The position numbers were made by a program, and so were the translations under genes. DNA of 60,134 nt, filler included, from Sphacelaria rigidula (Eukaryota), in the NCBI GenBank assembly GCA_964200075.2. It is 8 parts of 8 records of this genome, joined end to end, with 100 filler letters (N's around TTAATTAATTAA, not from the genome) between each part and the next. Parts side by side here need not be neighbours in the genome. Positions count along the whole stretch, not along the records: positions 7,531 to 14,960 come from CAXNAA020014960.1; positions 15,061 to 22,489 come from CAXNAA020014961.1; positions 22,590 to 30,018 come from CAXNAA020014962.1; 5 more parts are not named here. One strand, given 5' to 3'. Below, piece after piece: positions 13,465 through 26,203 of the stretch. The notes below the pieces were generated by a model, which was not told where the DNA came from, did not search any database, and saw nothing but the letters and a program-made list of their open reading frames with translations. Within the stretch, counting starts at the first letter, position 1; every line of letters starts with the position of its first letter.

Positions 13465-13880
13465 CAGGTTGGGCAGGTGATGCACTTTTGAATACTCGGG
13501 TGAAATACCCGGGTATCTAGTATACCTACGGCTCTTGTAGATTGGGCACGGCCTCGTATGCTCTACACAATTTTGGGGTAGATTGGGCACGACCTCAAAT
13601 ACTCTACCCAAATCTTGGGTAGGTACTCTCAGCAATACCTCGGGATGGAGTCACCGGGGCATGACCTCAATACCCTCCCACATTTGCGGTAGATCAGGTG
13701 CGACCTCAAATACTTTCCCCAAATATTGGGTGAGCCTTTTCAGTAATACCTGGGTATGGGGTATCACTTGAGTATGACCTCTATACCCTACCCAATTTTG
13801 GGGATGTTGGGTACGATCTACAATACTCTACCCGAATATTGGTTAGTTTGGTTACGATTTCAAAATTTAACCCCAACATG
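13465..13880. repeat. Non-autonomous element built from AATACTCTACCCAAAT-like subrepeats; second copy at about 14464-14745
   Basis: Both copies start GGT(T/C)GG..AGG..ATG.ACTTT.GAATACT.GGGT.AAATAC.CGGGTAT and carry the same internal subrepeats. Confidence 0.65.
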
Positions 13881-15254
13881 ATGGGTGAGGCCATGTCTTC
13901 GCACATCATTTTTCGATGATTAAAAAGGTGCTGTGGACTTGGTTTGAGCAAATTTGTTCATGTCTTGCGAGTTGGGTCCAAATTAAGTTGCAAGCTTTCG
14001 GTCGAAGAGAGACAGTGAAAATCGTGAAGCGGCACTTATTCGCTTGTCCACCGTACAGTACTTGACCGTCTGCGCTTTATCCATGCAGTGCGTCTGAGGG
14101 TGTGTGTGCTTTGTACAGTAGGGTGTGAAAGAGAAGTGGGCAACGTGCAGCTTTTCACTGCCTACACTGTCCATGCGTTTATGCACGTCGTTCACCCTAC
14201 CACGCTGTTCCGTCGCCGATCCCCAATATGTAAAAGATGGTGACGTTTTCGCCAACAAAAAATAAGCACGTCATATCCAATTTCCACTGCAGTGCACCCA
14301 ACTCGTTCTTGAAGTTTCAGGGTTGCGGTGGTAGCTGAGAGGGCTGCATGAGGTTCACATGGTTCTCTGACAGATGGTATCTGGCGTGATGGTCTGCAAG
14401 ATGGGAATCAAGTGCCCCTCCAAACCTTTCCTCCGCACGTTTTCGATCGAAAAAGTCAATTACAGGTCGGGTAGGGCATGTACTTTCGAATACTAGGGTA
14501 AAATACTCGGGTATTCACTCTACCCACACTTGGGGTATATCGGGTACCGCTTCGAATAACCCACTTGAATTGTGGATGGATGGGGTACGACCTCAAACAC
14601 TGTACCCAAATATTGTGTAAGTACCCTCAGTAAAAGCAGAGTATGAAGTATCACTTGGGTATGACCTATGATGCTCCAGCCAAATTTCGGGCAGTTTGGG
14701 TGTCAATTTAGTACTCTTACCAAATTTCGGGTTCTAAGGCCGGATGTTATGGCGAACAGATTACTGGCCCACGGATTGTTCACTTCTGGTACATTTAACC
14801 CACTTTTTGACCCCCAAACATGGAAAATTGTCAACACACGTCTTGGACACTTTGCATCACCCCACAGAGAGGAGCCTAGTATGCTTTTCAGATTCGCTTG
14901 GCTCCGAGGTTTCGAGTTGGCCGCTGAACAAAAAATCGTGCGCAAAAATCTGTGCTTGCCNNNNNNNNNNNNNNNNNNNNNNNNNNNNNNNNNNNNNNNN
15001 NNNNTTAATTAATTAANNNNNNNNNNNNNNNNNNNNNNNNNNNNNNNNNNNNNNNNNNNNCCCAGAAGGCAAAAAAAAAACTGACCTCTGTTCCAAGGGG
15101 TATCCACGCAACATTTGCGCCACTCCACGTGTCTGGGCTGCGCGTACCTGGGTTGCAGCGCTGATAACAAAGCCTAGTGATCGATTCGTACGATTCGAAT
15201 GAAATATACTAAAAGCAAGTAATTTCCAGACGACTCATTGTTTGTCCGACCCTT

Positions 15255-15529
15255 GAATGAGTTGCTTTATTTTCTGCTATCGCCACTTCTAGAGACAGCC
15301 ACGGCTTATACACTGCCTCATGAGTATCTCACCACTCAAACACCACGTAGTGCGATCATCCTCATTGTGCGGAGTTGAGGTTCTCCCACGTCGCACAACA
15401 TGATCTAGCTCGAACACAATTATGGTTATCGCCAAAAAAACGCAAGCGCGCCAAAAAAAAGCGGTAACCTGGTTGCCTAGCTTCCGTAGTGAGTGACGTG
15501 TTTCATAGCGTCATGGCCAACCGACGCCA
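15255..15529 (-). mobile_element. 5' part of the short non-autonomous partner of the poly(C)-associated LINE (family X1)
   Basis: Matches 37770-38152; 5' end TGGCGTCGGTTGGC on the minus strand. Confidence 0.75.
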
Positions 15530-15614
15530 NNNNNNNNNNCGCCCCCCCCACCCCCCCCCGGGGGCGCGCCGCCCCGCCGGGGGGGGGGGGGGGCCGGGGG
15601 GGGGCGGGGGGGGG

Positions 15615-15649
<35 letters not shown>

Positions 15650-15651
<2 letters not shown>

Positions 15652-15712
15652 CGAATTGCTTGCTCGCCTTGGTCGTTTGACCATTGACCACGCATCCCTT
15701 TCGAGACGGAGC
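15650..15712 (-). mobile_element. 5'-truncated LINE 3' end inserted in a G/C run
   Basis: Minus strand reads APSRKGCVVNGQTTKASK then poly(C); G-rich sequence on both sides on the plus strand. Confidence 0.75.
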
Positions 15713-18271
15713 CGGCGGGAGGGGGAGGGATCAGTGAAATGTTCAGTTGTTCAATATGCATTAATGACATGGAAAATGAAATGTCGCCCCAGCTCCTCTC
15801 CTCTCGCTCTTTCCCCCCGTTCTTTTTGCTGTTCGGTTTTCATGTATCTTCACTATTTTCTTTTCTTGTGTAGAACAGCGGATACCAGACTCGTCCCTTG
15901 TAAGAAGATGGATTGAAAGAATGACGTGGGGAAGGAGGAGTGAAGGTATAAAAGTACGCTGCCGTTACTGTATTCCGTGGTAATATTCTTTCCTGAAGCG
16001 GAAGTAGTGTAACACTTCCCTTCCCCCCCCCCCCCTTTCCCTCTTATAATCTGCCCACCTCTATTTCGTTTTTTTCTATCTCTCAGGGACTGTCGCACAC
16101 AAGGAGATAGATGGAGAGTGGCACGAGGAGGATGGAACCGAAAACGTCAACACACCGGTCTAAAAAGTACTCGCAATACGCCTCATTCCTGATGACACTA
16201 TCAGTGGACAAGGACTTCATCAGCGCGCGGGTCTAAGTGGGGCCCAGCCGGCCGGGAGGGGTTGCTGTAGACTTCAATTTTATGGGCTTACGTTGCAACT
16301 GCTCACTGCTTGTATTGTCCTGTGACATTTTTAGTCAACCGTGCGGTGGAAAATAATTACACCAACGCAAGAGATGGAGGAGGGGGGAACAAGAGAACTC
16401 GTACGATTGACCGCGCGTCCTCGAGAGGGTGGAGTAGTGCAGGTCACGTTGAAGCAGCGCACAAGTCAGCGAGAGTTGCCATGTCGTCACTGACCTCATC
16501 AAGTTGGTCAACATTGAGTTCTCAAAGCATAATGATCCCCTCCTTGTACGCCCTTTGTCGAGGAAGATGTGTGGGGGGTTAAGGTACAAATCAGGAACGA
16601 CCGTATGGTCAAGAGGCGTTTGGCTGTTTCAGCTACTTCAGTATGCCACGTATGATTTTGTGTCATGCTGCAGAGGGTTCGATTTGTCTTTTCTCTTCTT
16701 TTTTTTCTTCTTGTTTTCGCGTCGCCAAATTTCGTTGTATTCGCTGCAGTTGTTCTTGTTGCCGTTGTTGCTGCTGCTGCTACCTCTGCAGCTCTTACCG
16801 CCACTCTCGTTTTATGAAGATACTTTTTGCGTGCTTTTTCTTGCCACCGGTGGGAGCTAGAAGGCCTCGGGAGCCGGATTTTTTTTTTTTCCCTTTCAAT
16901 GTTTTTACGACTCGAGGGAGGGGAGCTAACTTGCCTTTCAATTCGTTGTTGTTTTGTTTTGCGTGTTGAGTCGCTCTGTCTTGACCAGACGGCGAGAGAG
17001 GATCTGCCCCCCGTCGACCGACCATCGTGCTCGTTCATTTTACTCTCCCGTTCTGATTCAGTAAATTGTTAACCACTCGAGCGCCTAACAATGTGTCGTT
17101 CACACCTCTCGAACCAGCGTCATTACCTCCGCGTGATATGAGACTGCCGAACATTGTTGTCCATCTGCAGACGCTCAGGCGGGTGGCTCGTCAGAAACGC
17201 CGGTGTGGAGTTCTATATCGTAAAGAGGAGGTGGGACTATGGGGTTGTTAGTTGCGTACTCTCAGGGATGTGGGACATTTCCGTCTTTTAGATATCGACT
17301 GATGGCCGCAACAGTGTAGTCTAAGGGGCGGGGGTGTTCGAATTCGGGTTTGCGTAGTAGGTGCGAACAACACCAATTTTGATCATGCGCCCAGCTGTTC
17401 AGCAGCGACAAACACACGTATTTAGCTGACGTTTCGAAGTTGGGGAGAAGCGACTGGGACGTGCCGGGCAGGGCAGGAGAGGATAGGGTTCCATCCGGTC
17501 CAGCGCATGAAGATGAAGTTTTGTTATGCCGTGGCGTGTGATGCCTCTTCTAGCACCTTTGGTCCCAGCCTCGAGTCATGCGTGGTGTGCTTGCTCGGTT
17601 TCTCGGTGTGAAAACGGCCGGTCGTGCGTAGTGATTGATTATTTTGGAAGAAACGAGATTTCCCAGAAAATTAGTTTTTAAGAGGGTAGGGGAGGGCGGG
17701 GGAGAGTGGGGGGATGCAGTGGGAACTCGGGAAGAAAAGTTGGAGGGAGGAAAATAACCGATAGCACTTCGTGTGCGTCTTTTTTCTCGGACAGAAGGCC
17801 ATCGAACGAACGCGTCCTAATTATTATCCAACAGCAGGAAAAAGTGTTCATTATTTATATTTTGTGCTTGATTCCTCAACTGTATTGCTAAAATTCCTAC
17901 AGTACAAGTGACTGCAGCACACAAGTCTTGAAGTTAGTACATGCATGAACCAGTCACCGGGGGGGGAAATCACACGAACTTTTGAGTGCGGCGGGTAAAG
18001 GTCAGCAGTTCCTGTTCAAACGGAGGAATCGTTGAATCCTTTCATCAGGATATTCGCTGACCAACACCATCACCACTGTTGTCTCATAAGTTGTTTCGGA
18101 ATCGGTGGATACTGTAGGAACGCTTCGTCCACTTGCCACGATAAATAGTTTCCAACTTTGTGGTGTCTGGGCAATGATGGGAATTTCTCACGCGCCGACG
18201 CGTTTCCAGACACCTTCGAAATCACGTGGATTGAGTCTGCCACATTAAATTCCCGCCTCGCCATCGGATAA

Positions 18272-18900
18272 GGCCGGTCGCCCCGGCGGCTCAGTTGGCA
18301 ACCTCGAACCCTTTTCATAATTGGGACTTGGGTTCGAATTTCTGTGAAGTCACCCGATCCAAGGGTGCACGAAAAAAAATCCTGGACCCATACTCCCATT
18401 TTTTTGTTTTGGGCCTTTCGAGGGGGGAGGGGGGGGGGGTTGTTGGTATACTTATCCCTATAAAAGCAGACGAAGAAAATTAAAAAAAAAGAATGAAAAG
18501 TTTGAATAACGTCCTTGTGACCTACTGCCGTTAGGAAGACCCGGAAACACCCAATTCGTTCCAGATTTGTTTTTTCATGGGCCTTTCGAGGGAGGCGGGG
18601 GGGGGACTAGTGTGGGTCTAGGATTTTTTTCGTGCATGCTCTTGCCCGATCTATGTTCTCTTTTCTCTCACCATGTCCGACAGTGGAAATCTACTACAGT
18701 ATCATGTCGAACGTACACAAACACCGACTTGACCGCTGACGAGGGAATGACACTGCTGAACTCCTCTCGCACGAGGAAAAAAGTGAGGCAAGCACCGCTG
18801 GAAGGAGGCTGAGTACTACAAACAAGATGAAACTCCCGTGTTGGTCTTCCTCCTGTGTGACACATCGGATCGACGAATCTTCGAAGTGCATGCCCGCACT
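18272..18900 (+). mobile_element. tRNA-derived SINE interrupted by a MITE
   Basis: A box GGCTCAGTTGG and B box GGTTCGAAT; body homologous to 19365-19660(-), 40505-40885(-) and 56225-56505(+). Confidence 0.8.
18360..18644. mobile_element. P-superfamily-like MITE (285 bp) with 7-bp TSD
   Basis: About 35-bp TIRs starting CAAG(G/A)G; CCCGATC at 18353-18359 and 18645-18651; removal restores the SINE. Confidence 0.75.
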
Positions 18901-19364
18901 CCCGTGGCGAATCCCTGTGTCCAAGTATGCAAACATGTGCGCGCCAGCGGTTCAGCGAGAAAGGATGCGGAGCCGACACCGACGTTACGCCAGCTGCACG
19001 CCGTGGATCGTGGCTCAAATGACGACTCACTGTACTGTTTTACTATCTGGGTTGAGAACTGACTGTATTGTTTCCATGTCGATTTGCATTTGGGTTTCCG
19101 CGTCGTGATGGCACCACTCAGATACTGTATCCAGTGCGTACGCAGCACCGTCGGAGGTAATTCCGATCAGCCTGTTGTGTACGAGTGGCGGATGTTTACA
19201 GGTACAAGCCACCCAAGCCTCGCGGTGATGTGGGGTAGATTGTCGTCAATACAAAGGTCAAGTTACAAAAAGAATCGCATCTCTGCGAGTGCCGCATCAT
19301 TTGATTGGGGTTACGCGCATACTATTGGCCCGTCACAACGCCTGCTAATGAGGACCAATATCAG

Positions 19365-19660
19365 TGCGTGTGTGTGTGTATGTATGTTGTCGTCCCATTC
19401 ATTCTGGGCGCCAGTCTACCCCTTTCGCGATATGTGGGCGCAGCAGCCGGGGTTACACAAGAGGAAGGTCAACACAGGAGCTTTTTGTTTTTTATTTGTT
19501 CTTAGTACCCCACCTTCCTTCTGCGGTGCTTGCCCTTCTTTTTTATCGCGAGAGGGGTNNNNNNNNNNAGAAAAATCCCAGATCGCTCCGAGAATCGAGC
19601 CCCACAACTCAACCATCAGAAGGTTACGAGGTTATCAACTGAGCCACCGGGGCGGTCATC
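19365..19660 (-). mobile_element. tRNA-derived SINE copy (contains a 10-N gap)
   Basis: Minus strand GGTGGCTCAGTTG...GGCTCGATTC head, shared body, ACAT/AC-repeat tail. Confidence 0.8.
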
Positions 19661-20805
19661 AGTGCACGCTCGTCACTTACAGCGCGAGTTCCGTTCTGAC
19701 CAGTAAATAACACGATGACTTAACGCCAGAATGGAAGATGACTACGGTCTACACCTGGAGTACATTCCACACGACAGCTCGGAAAAGGTATCCATCACTA
19801 GATTTAGTGCTGTGGTAAGGATTCGACAGACAGAGTTTAGGGTATATAAAATGATGTGCATGATTGATTGTGCTGACTCCGTTCTTTCCCGAATTCACCG
19901 AGGGTGTTAAACAGCGTGAGACTACTCAACGGCAACATCGGGGGTGCGGTCTCGCAACCCCTCATCCACGATCCTGTGTCCCAGCAGACTCTCGCAAAAC
20001 AAGAGCACAATACCCTATCGGACAAAAAAGCGACACTTACTACCTGGGTTTGCGGAAAACGTTTCCCTGACCACCCCCGACGGGCAGCGGTGAATGTCCC
20101 GGCCGTGACAGGGACTAAGCAACACGGGGGGTCACACTACGGCCAACAGACAATCAAGAAAAGGTTTGTCTGCAGCGCGTCTAGAGTTCAGCTCGTCAGT
20201 TGCGTCCATTTTTCGTAGGGTGTTGCTGTGCTTTTGACAATTGTCGGTTGTCCAGCAATTACATACTGTGTTCCATGTGCCGAAATTCGTGTATGTTAGA
20301 TTGTTCGACGCTTTGACCTTCCCGCGCGGGGATCATGCGTCGAATCCGCACCATTTTCACTCGAAAAATGTATCGAGATCCAGGCGAAGCGCTCTGGTGG
20401 TCAAAGGGTTGAACCCTGACTGCGAACGTCCCAACGAGATCTTCACAGAAGAGTGATGCTGCGATGACCTCCCCTCGAACTAACCTCAAAACTGTCATGA
20501 AGAAAACACCATACAATTATACTCTGGCTGGTTTCAGACTCCATGAAGCCCCTCAGACGGGTGGCATTGGCGAAAACGATCCCAAGCATGAAAGTTTGAA
20601 GCTGCTCGGCGTGCTCGGCTTTTTGTCATTGTGGTTTACATGTTGATTTTGCTTCCTCAAACCAATCATTTTTCTATGGGGAGCTATCGCGGTATCACCC
20701 CTTAGAAGCATTGCGGCATATTGGAATCAAGTGACATCAAACGCTGCGAAGCAATCCATTCGAGTCCATGTTGTAAGCGCAACCGTTTGGGACTTGATCT
20801 TATTA

Positions 20806-21664
20806 GGGCCGTTATTATCGACACAGTTTTTTGGGAGACCGTCCTAATTTTAGCTGTTTTCGCACTTTTTTTCAAACCTTCTCCCAAAATGAAGCGGCGA
20901 GATTTTTTCGCCAAGCCTTCACGTTCGGCGAAAGTCCGATTTTTCGCACCCAGCACAATACTCCGCAGAGCTGCCCTTGACGCACGCCGCGGCGCTCGCA
21001 AGCATGCGAGAAGTAAACCTTGCTAGTGATACCCTGGGCTATGTCGTAGAGTACAAAGCACCGCGGGTTGACGGTGTCTATTTCCTTAGACGGTGTGTAC
21101 CCCGGCAGCGGTGTTGGAGCTGTTGGGGCCGAGCACGGTAGTAGTCGTCGTTTGCAGACACACGCACTTTCGAAGCGAAGAGCAGAAACAATCCAGTTGC
21201 TAGCTACTTACCTGCAGTGCTGCTACGAGGGTACGCTACCGCACCGTCTGAAAAGTGTATAGCTGGTGGTTTGATTGGTTGTATCTACGCATACAACTCA
21301 CAGAAAGCAAGTATGCTGCAATCTATGCACGGGGCTTTCTACAGTCGGTATTTTTACTGATGTGTGCTGCTGCAGCCTCCCGAGAGAAGAGCTGGTCGAT
21401 GGTGCCCTAGCCTATCCGACTGCCCCCCCGTGTCACAGAGAGGCTGTGAGAAATATGTTTACCACAGTTATAAACGCCATACACGGGCAGGTAGCATAAC
21501 CCTGTCCTTTATTTTGCCGGCGAAGGCAAGCAAACGACGAGATCAACACAATCTGTAATGAGATATCTAACAGCAACGGTAGATCTAGATAATAACGAGC
21601 CCTAGGCGAACGCCGTAATTTCGGATCTTCTCCCATTTTGTTTATTTGTCGATAATAAGGGCCC
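20806..21664. mobile_element. PIF/Harbinger MITE, 859 bp
   Basis: GGGCC termini with perfect TTA TSD (20803-20805 and 21665-21667); inverted copy of 8321-9174. Confidence 0.92.
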
Positions 21665-22429
21665 TTATCCCTTGACCTGTTAGAGCCATCCAGATCCACA
21701 CATGCTCATGGTCAGTTAGAGGTCAGCGTCAATAGATATGACTGATTGCATCGTTGTAGGTGACGCCGAGCGCCACAGCATCTGCTTTAGGAACAAATTG
21801 CCCATGCACCTTCAATGCCGGCAAACCGAACGCTATAGCTGAGCAGCAGCTCCTCTTTGCTCACACAAGCACCACCCACCCCCAATGACAAAGGCGTGCA
21901 GGCATTCTGCGGTCCCCTATCCCAGTCCCATTATACGCGGTTGAACCAAAACAATCATTTTCCGGCTTATTCCAACGGTCGAATGTTGGGCATTTGGCGC
22001 CCAAGTGGTTGAATCTCATAACGACCATGAGGCTGAGGCGATGTGGCTACTCCACATGCTTGGTAGGGCACAGTAGTAATTCAGAGAAAGGACAACAAGG
22101 GCTACTTTTCGTCAACGCAAACGAGTGTTAAACGGTACCCCCTCCCTCCCTATCGCGAGATATGGGTCAGGGACGAGCGAGGTGAAACGAGCCAGATCCG
22201 ATTCACGGTGGCGTGAGGGAAGGCGGGCCTTGACGAGAGCGCAATAGAGCCTTTGTGATAGCCTCGTGCTCGCGGCTTAGGCATATGAGTGCTGCTTCGG
22301 TGAATTTTGAAAAATGAGACAACTATGCACCAGTTCTTCATTTTCGCCAATGCAGTAAAAGGGAAGGAACAAAAGCTAGGTCACTAGAGCGACGTGAGAA
22401 CTATGAACACAGTAGTTGCATGAGGCCAT

Positions 22430-22486
<57 letters not shown>

Positions 22487-22628
22487 CCCNNNNNNNNNNN
22501 NNNNNNNNNNNNNNNNNNNNNNNNNNNNNNNNNTTAATTAATTAANNNNNNNNNNNNNNNNNNNNNNNNNNNNNNNNNNNNNNNNNNNNAGAATCCCCCC
22601 CCCCCCCCCCCGCTATCGTGGCACAGCT

Positions 22629-23251
22629 CATCAGGGATCTCCGGGGCCGTGCGCCTCGCAAGGTGCTATGCCCACAATCCAATTTCCGCTTCCTATCGAT
22701 CATGGCGGACTCGAACACCATATATTTTTCGATTAAATGGCCACTTTATGAACAAGTTGGTGAGGGGTTTGGGTCCTGTTGCAGGTTAAGGGCAACGCCC
22801 GGTTAAGGGCAACGTTTCGCTTAAGGTCAAGCGATCCGGATTAAGGGCAAGCGCTATGGGGAAGCGCACCTGGGTAAGGGGAAGCGTTGCATTCTTCGGC
22901 TGATTCGGGAATATGATGACGATACGTGTATCGCTTCTCCGTCGCTAGGGGCAGATGCCAATATTCAGGGGCGCTTGCCCGTATCCAGATGCGCTCCCCC
23001 CTACCCAGGTGCGCTTCCCCATAGTCAGGGGCGCTCGCCCCTAATTCGGGCCGTTCCCCCCTAACCAGGGGCGCTTCCCCATAGTCAGGGGCGCTTGGTC
23101 TTAATCCGGACCGCTTGCCCTTAAGCGAAAAATTGCCCTTAACCGGGCGTTGCCCTTAACCTGCAACAGGTCCGCCATGATCGATTGGAGGTGGAATTTG
23201 AGTTGTGAACAGAAATGCTTACGAAGGGCGCGGCCCCAGAGACCCCTGATG
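22629..23251. mobile_element. TIR element (~80-bp imperfect TIRs) containing a second TIR element at about 22772-23173
   Basis: Outer CATCAGGG...CCCTGATG; inner CCTGTTGCAGGTTAAGGGCAACGCCCGGTTAAGGGCAA inverted pair with internal GGGCGCTT(G/C)CCC subrepeats. Confidence 0.8.
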
Positions 23252-23872
23252 TAAACATGGCGGACTGAAGCCCAACGCATATTTGGCTCATGAGACGGTC
23301 ATTCGACCTTTGAGGCAGCGAGAAGACATTCGACCTTTAGACCAGTGACCTGATATTTCACCTTCGAGCCAGCCGGTGCTCGCTCGGTTCGCTTGCTCGC
23401 TTTTTCGAACAGAGGATCCGCCCCCCTGCAGGCCTTCGCGCGTTTCGACGGCTACCTTGAGTCATAAGATGCGCTTGTCTGAATGACGTTAAGCGAAGCA
23501 ATAAGTGCAGCTTGTCGAAGAAAATGAATGTGTGATTTGAGGCAGCCCACATATTGCCGCCGCGCTACGCCGGTCTGACTGGTACATCAAGCGGAGTTAA
23601 GGATCGAGCCTCGACAGACACAGTGTTTTTTCGAGAAGTACTGTACCTGATTTGCATTGTTGAAAGCGTGGGGGGCGTGAACAACAAAAAAGCATGAACA
23701 AAATTCGATGCAGGGTAGTCGTGCGGATCCAAATCCGCGACGCCGAAAAATATCAGGCATGTACCGGGGGAGAGACCGGTCGAACTCTCAATACCCCGGG
23801 CTCATCCCGAAGAAACGGAGGAGAAGAATATGTGACGAAACAATGAACGCGTGATCCGCCGCGATGGTTGTA

Positions 23873-24080
23873 ATGCGTGGGAGGACCACGTGCGTTTTGG
23901 ACCGTATCGGAGTTTAAACAGCCCGATGGTTAGAGTTAGGAATAGGGTTAAGGTTAGGGTTAGTATTAGGATCGGGGGCGCGGTTCCTGCAGGGACTGTC
24001 CCGAGAGGTCTTCGAAAATGTCGATCCTGGGGTGTTCAAAGTCCGATGCGGTCCAAAAAGCGCGCGGTCCTCCCACGCAT
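23873..24080. mobile_element. 208-bp MITE-like inverted repeat with an internal telomere-like GGTTAG tract
   Basis: ATGCGTGGGAGGACC...GGTCCTCCCACGCAT, arms about 50 bp; GTTAGG-type units at 23928-23970. Confidence 0.75.
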
Positions 24081-24511
24081 GACGATGACAACCAACGAAC
24101 TTGAGCAATACTTTACGACGAAACTACAGGATACGCCCGGCTACTACACCATCATCGTTTTCGCAAAATAGTGCTCTTTTTCGATGCCGTCGGAAAACGC
24201 GCACGACAACGACAGCAGCGTACGCATCTACTTGCATGAAAGTGTCCCGTTCTAACGAAATAGTAGGGTACGTGTCCGCAGCTATCTAGGCCCGTTGTGG
24301 TTGAAGTTTAATCGATAGCTGCTGATGAACATGGCGAACTAGCCTGATCATGCAAAATCGTTTCCTGAGTTTCCCCAAGCGCAATTTTTCACCTCATTTT
24401 CATCGATTCTCTCAGCTTGAAAAAAACGGTCCTGCCTTGTTTAGTTTATTTTCTCTGCCGCCTTGAATTGCTGCTCCTGATGGAAAAATAAACTCCCGTT
24501 TTCAAACGAAG

Positions 24512-24969
24512 GTGATGGAGGAGGCGATCGTGCAGCAAGGCCCAAACGGTGTGCCGAGAGAAATCAGAAAACAGTACGAGTTCTTCATCTTTCAAGGGAA
24601 GGGAACAGCCACACCGACCTCCAAAGAGGAGACCAAAGAGCCTCCGCCCGCTGAACAGCAACCGGAACCGTCGACACCATCCGACTCTCGCAAGCGCCCG
24701 TCTGTCTCCACCGCAACGGCCGCACAACCGCCATCGCCCGGGCGAGAGACGGTCGCACGTCCGTGCGACGTGGTGCGACCCCGGGATACTCCGCAACGGC
24801 AAGAGAGACCATCGGCAATCAGGGACACGCCTGCAAATGTTCCTGTCTTGGCCGTGGGCATGGTCGACGGCACCACTGCTGGTGATGACATAGGAGAGGA
24901 AACCAAGGGAATACGCCCGAGTGATGCGGACGGGGATCGTCAAGGTGAATTGACCGCTACCTTGACCAG

Positions 24970-25007
<38 letters not shown>

Positions 25008-25561
25008 CTGCTGCTGCCGCGTCTGCTGCTGCTGCTGCCACGGTTACTAACGGGGCTGAAGCGGTTATTAGCGGGGGCGCGGGCGGTGATGGTGACGGCA
25101 CTGCCGCGGTGGATTTTAAATACCAGACTGGAGCGATGGCTATTGTGCGGGAGGAGGGAGAAGGAGAGGAGACGAAGGAGAGTGAAGAGGACGTAGCAGG
25201 GCTGCACGTCATCACCACTTCAGATGTAGCGGCGAACAACCAAGAACCGACGACGCTAGCAATGGCACGGAATCAGCGCAATGCCGACTATCAAACACCG
25301 CTGTCTGGCTTTAATGGAGAACAACGGCAAGAGCCTGAGTCAGATGAAACGCGCGCATGTTTTGGTCCCGAGCCGCAGCAACCAGAGCAAGAACAGCAGG
25401 ACGATCCTGAGGACCTAGAGCGGGAAGGTCGCAGCGGTGATCAATCTGCCGCGTCTTCCTGGGCCTTGGCCGCGCTTACGGACTGCAGCGTGTGCTTGGA
25501 GGCCTACAAGGATGGGGATCGAATCTGTCGGTTGCCGTGCGCACATGCTTTCCACGCTGCG
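24512..25561 (+). CDS. RING-H2 E3 ubiquitin ligase, exon carrying the first five RING ligands (5' end of gene uncertain)
   Basis: AAG|GTG acceptor; 350 open codons with a poly-Ala tract; ends CSVC-X14-CAHAFHAA at phase-0 donor GTGAGA (25562). Confidence 0.88.
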
Positions 25562-26203
25562 GTGAGAGGGGGTCGTGATATTTTGTGTTGGTTGGTTTGA
25601 CTGGTTGATCGATTCGATTGGCTGATTGATTATTGCAGCACACTAATATTTATTGATCCGCTACGAATTCAGCTGTGGTCCACACAACAGGCGTACCCAA
25701 GATAGGTAAAGGGAACACTCGATAAAGGAAACTCGAGAAAGAGGAAATGTGAAGTAAAGAAGTAGAGTGCGCGGGGACCGAACAGGAAAGGACAAGAAAG
25801 GACACGCAAAAAAAACAAAATAAGAGAAGAGAAACGGAATGGAACGGAGCGGAACGGAACGAAACGAAACAACAAAAGAGGATAACAGAAGGATATGGGA
25901 AGGCAAAAAAGAAAGAAACAAACAAAAGTGAAGCAAAGATCTATAATAGTACCGGTCGCGCCTTCGTTTGTCTTGAGCCATTTTCAGACGGAGCTGGAGC
26001 GCGAGACAAGTCAACGCAACGGGCAACCTCGTGGGTATCGTGTACCTGACGCCACGACACCTCGTGGCACCTTGCATCACCCGAGATGTTGCACAGCATA
26101 GATTGAGACGATGATAGTCTCTTCAGCTTACCCCTGCGCCGACACTCCCTCCTCCCTCAACTTACTCGTACAAACCCCAATTCTCCCTCCCCCGCGCGCG
26201 CAG

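Noticed and set aside
15540-15649. Long G/C tracts (also 22431-22489, 29928-29970, 50005-50185) as G-quadruplex elements or poly-Pro/Gly ORFs
   Set aside because: They sit next to N gaps and contig ends, so their length and sequence are unreliable and may include sequencing artefacts. Only short runs with TSD support were used as evidence.
18280-18350. tRNA genes at A/B-box sites (also about 9780, 19600, 38920, 40820)
   Set aside because: No cloverleaf or acceptor stem; three of them continue into a shared SINE body.
8321-21664. Two 850-bp inverted copies as the TIRs of a 13-kb element (Polinton-like)
   Set aside because: They are on different contigs and each has its own TIRs and 3-bp flanks.
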